Origin: Asterias rubens
Taxonomy: Eukaryota
DNA: 64,000 bases
Assembly (NCBI RefSeq): GCF_902459465.1
Contig: NC_047075.1
Location: forward strand, 558,001-622,000
Direction of reading: 5' to 3'
The first letter of the stretch is position 1. Every line of letters begins with the position of its first letter. Below, one piece after another: positions 1 through 11,400 of this stretch. A model generated the notes under the pieces. It was not told where the DNA came from and did no database searches. It worked only from the letters and a program-made list of their open reading frames with translations. The translations under genes and the position numbers were made by a program.

Positions 1-194
1 CAGCTAAATAATATTGGTCAATGAGTGTGGGGCACAAGTTGCTAGAATGGAAACTTCATGGAATTTTGGCTGGTTACCCATTTCTGTTAAGCAATATTTT
101 TGCTGTGCTTTGCAAGTTATTATGCTTACAGGCTTTATAAAATCGGGCCAAGATCAGTAGCTGCTATATTAGGACCTCAATAACAAGAGTCATT

Positions 195-443
195 GGGTGC
201 GTTCAATTAGTTTCCCGGGTTGACCCTGCGGTGATCACCAGGGTCAGCCCCTGACAAGAGCTAATCGAACGATCACACTTGCCCTCTCGTGGTGGCGTCA
301 TGCACCTCGGGCCAGCCCCAAGTGACCGGTTCCACAAGCAGGGCACTGGGGGCTGACCCGGGTGAGCCCCTGGAATGACGCCACTATTCGAACGTAACGA
401 GGGCAGACCGGGGTCGACCCAGGGAAGCTAATCGAACGCACCC
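195..443. mobile_element. Palindromic MITE
   Basis: Inverted termini gggtgcgttcaattagtttccc ... gggaagctaatcgaacgcaccc, with internal inverted segments; no credible ORF. Confidence 0.75.
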
Positions 444-589
444 AGTATAAGATGTAAAAGACCTCTTTTAAAATTAAAAACAGAAATCTCATATATATGT
501 GATTCAGTAAATATGTACACTGTAAAAACTGTAAACGTTGGTTGCAGGACTTTTGTTGACCGTGTAGAAGACAATAGTAATACAGTACT

Positions 590-1030
590 TATAAATCATT
601 GTGAAATCAGCATTTAGCTTGGTAGGATTCAAACCCACAACCTTGTGATTGCAAGTCCTGCAGTCTTACCAGTGAACAACAGTTAGCTTGGTAGGATTTG
701 AACCTACAACCTTGTGATTGTAAGTCCTCTAGTCTAACCACTAGACTACAGTTAGCTTGGTAGGATTCGAACCCACAACCTTGCGATTGCAAGTCCTGCA
801 GTATAACCACTGGACCACGGTTAGCTTTGTAGGATTCGAACCTACAACCTTGTGGTTGCAAGTCCTGCAGTCTTACAACTAGACACAGTTGGCTTGGTAG
901 GATTCGAACCCACATCCTCGTGATTGCAAGTCTTGCAGTCCTACCACTGAACTACAGTTAGCTTAGTAGGATTCGAACCCATAACCTTGTGGAAAGCAAG
1001 TCCTGAATGCAGTCTAACCACTAGACACAA
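590..1030 (-). repeat. Tandem array (about 6 x 70 bp) of tRNA-derived SINE heads
   Basis: Minus-strand unit tagtctagtggttagactgcaggacttgcaatcacaaggttgtgggttcgaatcctaccaagctaactg has an A-box-like TAGTCTAGTGG, a B-box GGTTCGAATCC, D and T stems, but no acceptor stem. Single copies occur at about 41890-41970 and 57000-57090. Confidence 0.8.
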
Positions 1031-1040
1031 GGGTGGACCA

Positions 1041-1243
1041 GGACCCAATTTCATAAAGCTGTTTAAGCAGAAAATATTGCTAAAAAATTTTCTGCTTAGC
1101 ATAAATCAGCAGGATACCAGTCACAAATTGTACAATTGACATGGTAGTTTGGCTACATGGTAACCCTGTTCTGGTAAGTATGACTTTGTTGTGGTAGCTA
1201 CTTTTTGTGCAAGCTTTAAGCAGCTCTTTGAAATTGGGCCCAG
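1041..1243. mobile_element. MITE family A (TIR gggcccaatttcataaagctg), representative copy
   Basis: Inverted termini ...cccaatttcataaagctg / cagctctttgaaattgggccc. Related copies at about 14078-14320, 15056-15612, 20993-21168, 22385-22563, and partial copies near 6620, 31040, 50450, 56761. Confidence 0.75.
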
Positions 1244-1725
1244 GTCATTGTCCAAAGTTGCATCGATCAGAATCAACCAATTTACAGAATATCTTGAAGA
1301 TAATCACACAAAAAACTTAACAACGAACCCTATCAAAAAATGATTGGATAATAAATTTTACACGATATAATACAAATGTTTGTTTTGAGGTCGGAGTAGC
1401 CATTGAACTTGATCTCATAATGTTACCGTGGCTTTAGTTTCATAACTTTGACAAAACTTAAGTTCTTACAAACCAGTTTTTAAAAAACACAGCACCATTA
1501 AGTCTTAAAAACATATTATCTTATAAATTTTAAATATTTCAAACCCCAAACATGAACTCAGTTAATTAGAGTTTTGTTACTGTTTCTATCAATGCTTTTT
1601 AATTACAATATTTACAAAAGGGGCCGGAATGATGTTGGAAGTTCAATACGAGATAAAAAAGGTCTCTAAAATGTATATAGATATTAATTTTTTTGGAACT
1701 GTAACAGATCAAATAAATGAACATT

Positions 1726-1913
1726 AGGGAGGTTTTACATGCATGAGAACGGATACAGTTAGTGAGACGGATTCGCATCATTATGATGTCATACGGTACT
1801 CACTATCTGCTCTACGAGCAGACAACACTGATATCCTGTTTGCTACACGTAAGTAGGTTAAAGATAGCTAAAAGTATGTGTATGCGTCTCCGTTCGCATG
1901 CGAAACCTCCCTA
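1726..1913. mobile_element. MITE-like inverted-repeat element
   Basis: tagggaggttttacatgcatgagaacgga ... tccgttcgcatgcgaaacctcccta. Confidence 0.6.
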
Positions 1914-2458
1914 GTATATCATCGGGCCAGTATTTCCCAATTTCAACTCATTGAAAAAGAACAGTATAGATTACCTCTGTCATTCGGCCGTTTATTTGAT
2001 TTCTTAAATGTTGGGTTGATTTGGTTTTAGTCAGTGTAATGCTGACTTACAAGCACAAAATACCTTATGCATTGACGCCATGCAGCCGCCATCTTAGATG
2101 TAAAACGGTGACGAAACAATCAAAATGCACAGCGCGGCGCACAGGAATGGCCAATGAACAACCTCCTTTTGACCGCTAGGTGAGGGCGCCCTACTAAAAT
2201 GACGTCATCCACATAAGGTCTATTATCAAGTAAGATACAATAGAAGTCACCTGTGAAAGTCTCAGCTTAATACAGTGTCTACTTGCGGGGAAAACAGCAA
2301 CAAACTGTCACAGGTTTTTCACACGAATATTAAATCCATCCATGTTTAGCAAGGTGACAGCGGGTACCAACCACATCTCTGGTCGCATCATTCACAACCG
2401 GACACCAACTCTCCAATGAAGATGCTATTAAGTAGGTACCTGTTACCATGATAACGCA

Positions 2459-5400
2459 TCACTGTGGAGGATCAGGTCGATCTAAGGTTGATCCGGCGTT
2501 TGCCGCTAGCTCCCATATCTTCTCCTCGGTGATCTTTTCTGCTGGAAAACAAGAATAAAAATTTAAATTTAAGGAACACAAGTAAATCAAGTGAGTTCAC
2601 AATATAATTTATTATCGTTTGACACTCCTGTACAAGCTAGTCTTGAAGGGAAAGTATTTTGATTTTCAGTATACTCAATAAAATAACCTATGAAAACTTA
2701 ATTTCAAATGGTGGTAGCGTTTTTGAGATATTTCCAAAAACCCTGGGTGAATATGTCCACGAAAAGAGGAAAGGATCCTATAAGAATGCACAGTCTGAAA
2801 AGGGTTACTGCAGTAATGCTTCGCATTTTGTGGCATAAAAACTGTTTTTACATGACCACCAGACCTACCAAGTGTCACGCATTAGGCGTGAGACTCACGC
2901 ATTAGGCGTGAGACTCACGCATTTGGGCTCTGTCTCACGCTCACACGCACAGCAACCATTTTCTCACGCATTGGGGCCAGACCGGGAAAAAATAAAAATT
3001 AACGACAATGCATTGCCAAATCGCGCTCGTGTGTACAAAAACTGCAACGTTTGCACAATCTTCAGATTGCACGCAGTTTATCAGCATCATCAACTTGAGC
3101 TGCCGTACAAACAGAGTGCAAATTTACAGATTGCGCACGCTTTTGCTCTCCCAGCAGGTTCAGTTAAAATTCGTCAAAGCGCAAAACGCTTATTGCGCAC
3201 AAGTTTTTCCCAATTCGTTTAGCAAATTCGTTAAATGCGCTCCACTAGCGAAGACACAACAAGCAGAAGTAGTGAGCGGAGGATTTGGACATCATTTTTA
3301 GTTGATTTACTGTATTTTTGGGGGAAATAATCTGACACAATCGTACCTCCACATTAACCGTCGACATCTCCTGTGTACCTCAAGTGAATTTTAATTATTC
3401 TGAAGAGGTTTTTGATGCATTTTGGAACACTTTTTTTGTCCACAATTAAATTTCTGCCTTTTTTTTTATTTTCTTAAAAAAAAAAAAAAAAAAGAAGTTG
3501 GGTGGCGATTTCGAAAGGCGGGGGGGTGGTGGTGAGCTTTGAAAAAAATCACGTATAGCTGGCCTCTGGACTTGGCATCTCTGGACCACATTACTTCAAA
3601 GTGAAATGTTTCTCAAAATGTTTTGTACTATCAAAAGCTGCCGTAGGCTTCTAACCAAATGTTTTTATTGCCAACAATTTTAAGAGTAACTACCAAATAT
3701 ATACCTTCCCTTTAGACAACTCAAATCATGTCATTATCATTTATCTTTATTTCTAAGACCACTTAAACATTTTAAATGTGCTTTCCTATGACTGAGAAAG
3801 GCATCAGGCCTGAAGCCTTTCTCAGATTCAAATATTTTAGTGAGAAATAACCTCTTTCTCAAAAATTATGTTTCTTGCAGAAGGAGTACTTTCTCACAAT
3901 GTTTTATACTGCCAACAGCTCTCTATTGCTCGGTAACTTTCTATGCTTACAATATTTTGAGTAATTACAGAACATGTCCAGCCGTCGATTTCACCAAACT
4001 CTTCCTAAATTAGGATTAATCTTAGGACTTAGGACGAGTTACCTTCCACATCCATAGACGATAGGACACAGTGAACCTATCCTAAGTTAGGACAAGTTAC
4101 TCCTAAATTACTCGTCCTAACTTGAGAAAGGATTAATCCAAGCGTTTCGTGAAATTGGCTGCAGTGCCTTTAAGAAAAAAGTAGACTCTTAGTCTACAAA
4201 AAATGTGAAACTTATCGTACCTTTGCTTTTGTCGGATCCTTCCGGCTCTTTTCTTTTTTTCTCGTTCTCGAGGACCTCCCAGCTGTTTGGAATTCTGGCT
4301 CCAAATTTCTTGAGCTCATCGATGAGACTCGGTGCTTCGGCTTTCGTCTTGTTAGATTCAAATATTTCTTGAATCAAAGGAATCTTATTGGATGCTCCTG
4401 ATGATGATGTCATTGACTCCACATCTTCTGATTGGTCCATTAAGTCTGACTTTGATTGGTTGGTTTCTTGAATCAAAGGATGTGATTGGTCGTCGGGCTC
4501 TTCATCATCCATCAGTAAGGATGAATTTGATTGGTCGGTAATCTTAGCGGAGCTCCAGGATTGGTTGATTTCTTCAATGATTATTTTTCCTCTTGGTTGC
4601 TCGACTGATGTCACTTCTTCGATGAGCATTTTTCTCAGAGCAGCAGGAGGGAGCATTTCTTCTGTGTCAAAGTCTTCAAGTTCTGGTAAATCCTGCATTA
4701 AGGACAAAATGAACCAAATCTAAAGATGAACATTTTATCTTCATTTCTTTAGGGTCGTATCACGAGAGGCAATTTACAGCCAACCAATTTACGCTGCAAT
4801 GTGACTAGCCCTTTAATTGAGCCTTCAAGACAGATTCTACTAGGATCAGAATGTGATGCTGTGGCTGTGTCATCATGATCAAAGCACGGCCCAATTTTAT
4901 TGGTCTGCTTACCACAAGCAAAGAATTTGTGCTTACTTAAGTTGGGAATTCCGCACTTCTTTCAAGCATATTTTAGCAGGGAATTTTTGCGTTCTTCGCT
5001 AACAAAGCTAGCACAGAACTTTGGCACTTGCACAGTAAGCAGAGAATGGTGATTGCAAGCGCAGAATTCGAGGCAAGCCGAGCCATGAGATTGGGACCAG
5101 GTCTGTGGCAGGTATCATGAAAGAGCTGGGGAACGGAGGGTATAACGAGGTTGATATAAAAGGAGTTCATGGAGGGGGTTGCAGATTGGTTGAGGGATTT
5201 GTGTGTCAGTTGGAAGAGTTTGAATTTGCATTTGGAGACCCGGGGTACCAATGAAGCGTATTGAGTATTGGGGTGATATATGTTAGTGGGGAATATTTTG
5301 GCGGGGCGTATTTTGTCGGGGTGATATTTTGACGGGGGTGTTGAGAGGGTGACAAGTCTAGAGACATAATAGATGTTAAATTGGCATCAGGATAAAGAAT

Positions 5401-8400
5401 ATTAATTTTGGTTTTTACCCATACACTGATGTGTGTTAGCACTGCATACTCAGTACTTTCCAGAGTACAGTGAAAAAAAGTATCACAGGCATATTACTCG
5501 GATGGGATTCGACCCCACAACCCTTGCAATTCTAGAGCAGTTTCTTCCCAACTAACTAGACTACCGAGAGACAACAGCCACATGTCTTAAAATCTAACTT
5601 ACATCAATATTAATCTTCTCTTCTCTGAGGTCGATGGTCTCAATGTCCTCCTCTTCATATACTTCCGTGGTGAAGACCTTCTTCTGGTCCTTGGCGTCTC
5701 CTAAAAACATTCAAAGAAACATTAGATTTTAGTGTTCAGTAGATAGATATTTTCATTTATTATCATCATATATTTCTGGTAATGAAACCAAGGATGCTGT
5801 AATATAAGTGAACTTAATCACTGTAGCTCACAGGCCAGAGGAAACCTGTAAACAAGAATGCTTGCTATGTGAATCAGAAACACTAGTCGAACTGCCAGAC
5901 ACACCGAGGTGAACCCCTTCTCCTTGCGATAAGTGTGTACAGGGGTCGTTTACCTGTGTTGATAGTTGTTATAACAACACACAGGACATATACCTTCTTG
6001 TCCCATCCGAAGGCAAAGCAATGGTTAAGTTTCTTGCTTAAGTGTCACAACTCCCGAACCCACACTCCCTTGAACAGTTCAGAGCTTGATTTGGCAGTGG
6101 TCTTAACATTTCGGCCACGACACCTTCATTTGTAAGCATACAAGTAAGATCTTTGATTTTACTTTATTTCAGAAATCAAATAAAACACAAAGAGACAATT
6201 ATTACCTTGTGATGTCACCTCCTCAATCATCATCCCTGTCTTCTTCTCAGCACTAGAGGGCGCTTTACTGACGTCAAATGTAAACAGGTGTTCATCTTCA
6301 GCCGGAGAGAGATTCGTCTCTGGAGCGGAGTTCTTTTCTTCTTCTTCTTTTTGTTTTCGAGCAGCTTGGGCTCGATTGCGTATCTCCAATAAAGCTGTTA
6401 AAGGGAAGAATAAGTTTAGTAATCAATCTTAAACTTAAAGAAAGAAAACCTTTTGGTTAGAAACCTACTGCAGCTTTGACAATAGTCATTTTGAGAAAGA
6501 CTTCACTTCGAACCAGTGTGGTTGTGTAAAAATACGTAAGTTTTTATACACAAAAATTCTAATCTGAAAAGTGTAGTACAGCTTTTCTGTGTTAAGCAAG
6601 TTTTTGTGCTTACAGGCTTTTGGAACAATTGGGCCATGTTGCTTAGCACAATAATTCTGCTTACAGACTGTTGGCATAATGGCCTTAAAGAATTGAGACT
6701 GATACGACTTCTAGTTCAACTATTGGATCAGCCATGACTACTGCCCTCCGTTAATGGCGGTTTGAGATGTGCCACAGACTTTTATGAAGCTGGCCCAAGA
6801 AGTATATCAGATCCCTCAGTACAATAAGACGGACATGTCTAAGGCAACCCTTACCATCAACGCTGGCCTGTATCTTTGCTCTTTCATTATTAATAAGACA
6901 GACATGTCTAAGGCAACCCTTACCATCAACGCTGGCCTGTATCTTTGCTCTTTCATTATTAATAAGACGGACATGTCTAAGGCAACCCTTACCATCAACG
7001 CTGGCCTGTATCTTTGCTCTTTCATTATTAATAAGACGGACATGTCTAAGGCAACCCTTACCATCAACGCTGGCCTGTATCTTTGCTCTTTCATTATTAA
7101 TAAGACAGACATGTCTAAGGCAACCCTTACCATCAACGCTGGCTTGTATCTTTGCTCTTTCATTATTAATAAGACAGACATGTCTAAGGCAACCCTTACC
7201 ATCAACGCTGGCTTGTATCTTTGCTCTTTCATTATTAATAAGACAGACATGTCTAAGGCAACCCTTACCATCAACGCTGGCCTGTATCTTTGCTCTTTCA
7301 TTATTAATAAGACGAACATGTCTAAGGCAACCCTTACCATCAACGCTGGCCTGTATCTTTGCTCTTTCATTATTAATAAGACGGACATGTCTAAGGCAAC
7401 CCTTACCATCAACGCTGGCTTGTATCTTTGCTCTTTCATTATTAATAAGACGAACATGTCTAAGGCAACCCTTACCATCAACGCTGGCCTGTATCTTTGC
7501 TCTTTCATTATTAATAAGACAGACATGTCTAAGGCAACCCTTACCATCAACGCTGGCCTGTATCTTTGCTCTTTCATTATTAATAAGACGGACATGTCTA
7601 AGGCAACCCTTACCATCAACGCTGGCCTGTATCTTTGCTCTTTCATTATTAATAAGACAGACATGTCTAAGGCAACCCTTACCATCAACGCTGGCCTGTA
7701 TCTTTGCTCTTTCATTATTAATAAGACGGACATGTCTAAGGCAACCCTTACCATCAACGCTGGCTTGTATCTTTGCTCTTTCATTATTAATAAGACGGAC
7801 ATGTCTATAAAGGCAACCCTTACCATCAACGCTGGCCTGTATCTTTGCTCTTTCATTATTAATAAGACGGACATGTCTAAGGCAACCCTTACCATCAACG
7901 CTGGCTTGTATCTTTGCTCTTTCATTATTAATAAGACGGACATGTCTAAGGCAACCCTTACCATCAACGCTGGCATGTATCTTCGCTCTTTCATTATTAA
8001 TAAGACGGACATGTCTAAGGCAACCCTTACCATCAACGCTGGCCTGTATCTTTGCTCTTTCATTATTAATAAGACAGACATGTCTAAGACAACCCTTACC
8101 GTCAACGCTGTCTTGTATCTTTGCTCTTTCATTATTAATAAGACGGACATGTCTAAGGCAACCCTTACCATCAACGCTGGCATGTATCTTCGCTCTTTCA
8201 TTATTAATAAGACGGACATGTCTAAGGCAACCCTTACCATCAACGCTGGCCTGTATCTTTGCTCTTTCATTATTAATAAGACAGACATGTCTAAGGCAAC
8301 CCTTACCATCAACGCTGTCTTGTATCTTTGCTCTTTCATTATTAATAAGACGGACATGTCTAAGGCAACCCTTACCATCAACGCTGGCCTGTATCTTTGC

Positions 8401-11400
8401 TCTTTCATTATTAATAAGACGGACATGTCTAAGGCAACCCTTACCATCAACGCTGGCTTGTATCTTTGCTCTTTCATTATTAATAAGACAGACATGTCTA
8501 AGGCAACCCTTACCATCAACGCTGGCTTGTATCTTTGCTCTTTCATTATTAATAAGACGAACATGTCTAAGGCAACCCTTACCATCAACGCTGGCATGTA
8601 TCTTCGCTCTTTCATTATTAATAAGACAGACATGTCTAAGGCAACCCTTACCATCAACGCTGGCTTGTATCTTTGCTCTTTCATTATTAATAAGACAGAC
8701 ATGTCTAAGGCAACCCTTACCATCAACGCTGGCTTGCATCTTTGCTCTTTCATTATTAATAAGACGGACATGTCTAAGGCAACCCTTACCATCAACGCTG
8801 GCCTGTATCTTTGCTCTTTCATTATTAATAAGACGGACATGTCTAAGGCAACCCTTACCATCAACGCTGGCATGTATCTTTGCTCTTTCATTATTAATAA
8901 GACGGACATGTCTAAGGCAACCCTTACCATCAACGCTGGCCTGTATCTTTGCTCTTTCATTATTAATAAGACGGACATGTCTAAGGCAACCCTTACCATC
9001 AACGCTGGCCTGTATCTTTGCTCTTTCATTATTAATAAGACGGACATGTCTAAGGCAACCCTTACCATCAACGCTGGCCTGTATCTTTGCTCTTTCATTA
9101 TTAATAAGACGGACATGTCTAAGGCAACCCTTACCATCAACGCTGGCATGTATCTTTGCTCTTTCATTATTAATAAGACGGACATGTCTAAGGCAACCCT
9201 TACCATCAACGCTGGCCTGTATCTTTGCTCTTTCATTATTAATAAGACGGACATGTCTAAGGCAACCCTTACCATCAACGCTGGCCTGTATCTTTGCTCT
9301 TTCATTATTAATAAGACGGACATGTCTAAGGCAACCCTTACCATCAACGCTGGCCTGTATCTTTGCTCTTTCATTATTAATAAGACGGACATGTCTAAGG
9401 CAACCCTTACCATCAACGCTGGCATGTATCTTTGCTCTTTCATTATTAATAAGACGGACATGTCTAAGGCAACCCTTACCATCAACGCTGGCCTGTATCT
9501 TCGCTCTTTCATTGTTAATCCAACGTTGTCGTTCTTCTTTCTCTGCTTCCCTGCCTCCTTGAAGCCTGAAGACAAACAGACAACATTATACACATAATGA
9601 ATGTTTATGAGTGCAATGGTGCGAATATGTTCATGAGTTGAAAGATGGAATGTTCTATTCAACGAGGCGGAGCCGAGTTGAAAGGAACATTCCAGCTTTC
9701 AACTCATGAACATTTCGCACCATTGCACGAATGAAAAACATTCATTATTTGTTTTATATAACATCCAAGTAGATCTTTGTAATTTTGATTAAAAGATACA
9801 ACTTTCAAAACAAACAAAACGTAGGCCTACAATTTTTATTTGTAGAAGCCGAATGTTAAGTAATTATACTACCTTGCAGTAACACTGCTGCGTTACCAAA
9901 GACACGCGCACGCAGTGATATGTGTTTACTCAGCCTTTTCGTTCCATCCGAAAAGTACTATTGCACGCTGGCAGCGTGCAATGGTACTTTTCGGATGGAA
10001 CGAAAAAGCACGGTGAGTGACTCAGCGTGCAATGGCACTTTTATTTGCTATCACGTGACGGACAATCCTCCAATCAAATGGCAAGGATCTGCTCGGGTGT
10101 TATATAAAACCCGATAAGTGATATTTGACGCTTTGCATGGTGTGATGGATAAGAATAAACTATACATAATTGTAAACTTGCGAGCACAACCATGTAATAA
10201 TTCTGTTTTGAGGAAGTGTTGGCTCTGAAAAGAGCCAGTTTGGTCTCAACATTTCAAACAGTTTACTATCTCCTGTGAACTTGAGCCCTGTTGCTTAGCA
10301 CAATACTTCTGCTTACAAACTACAATAAACGGGATTGTAAAAAATGGAAACTTTTTAAAATATTGTACTTACCAAGCTTCAGTACAAGCTCGCTCCCGTG
10401 GAAAAACTGGGCGGTCGTCCAAGTACGTCAGATTTCTCTGGAAAAAAAAACCCAATAAAAAAAATAAGCTTGATCCAAATGCTCATCAGTAATTAAAGCT
10501 AAAAACAGTTTCCTATAAAATAACTGTTAAAACCACAGGGAAAATTGACTGGGTACATTTTATCCAAAGTGCTGGTGCTCGAGAAGCAGTGCATGGAAAG
10601 ATGTGTTGCTGGTCGCACTGGAAGAAGAAGGCGAAAGCTAGATGGACTGACAAAATTCGAGCACTTAGAGTAGTATGAAATGGGCTTTATGATGACGGTC
10701 TCCCTACTTTGTCCATATCTTTGTTGGAGGGGTATCTGGCAGAGTGTCTAGGGCAATGGACTCAAGTTCTGTAATTTACAGAATGTGTGTTCGAATCCTG
10801 GCCTGGTGAGTCGCAACACTGATCATAATTGCTCCTCTCCACCCAGGTTGCATCTGAGAAGCCTGAAAGCTAATCACTTCGGCTCAGCTTTCACTGAGAG
10901 TGACATACTACTTGCACCATTAAATATTGGATATTAAGAGTTCTTACCAATCTGAGAATGAGAGTCTTCCTGTAGTTCTTAATCTTCTTAACGACTGGAT
11001 TTCCCATCAGGTTCAACACTCTCTGCAATACAAGAAAATACACCTTAAGTAGGGTTTGAAACTTTGCATGGTGATCATGGTGATAGTATAATTAGGTAAG
11101 GTTTGCAGTAGCATCATGCGCAAATCTCTTTACAAGAATTTTTGTTTTGTTGGTAGTGTAACGAACCAACACTACTCAAAAAAAGATTTTCAAATAGTGC
11201 TACCGCAAACCTCACCTAATAAAAATGCACATCTGAAATACAAGAAAATACATCTTTAGTAGGGTTTGAAACTTTGCGTGGTGTGAGTATAATAAGGTTA
11301 GGTTTGCAGTAGCACCACGGGTAAATCTTTTTAGAGGAATGTTGGATCTGAAACCGTTTGTTCTTTTCATTACCAACACTATAAACTCGAAGGGATTTAC

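Noticed and set aside
607-1030. Functional tRNA gene cluster, or the 102-aa ORF
   Set aside because: Acceptor and anticodon stems do not pair, and units match a dispersed SINE head; the ORF only reflects repeat periodicity.
6751-9662. Three long ORFs (942, 948, 662 aa) as independent repeat-protein genes
   Set aside because: They follow from a 69-bp unit lacking stops in several frames. Only the frame continuous with DNAAF1 exon 8 has biological context.
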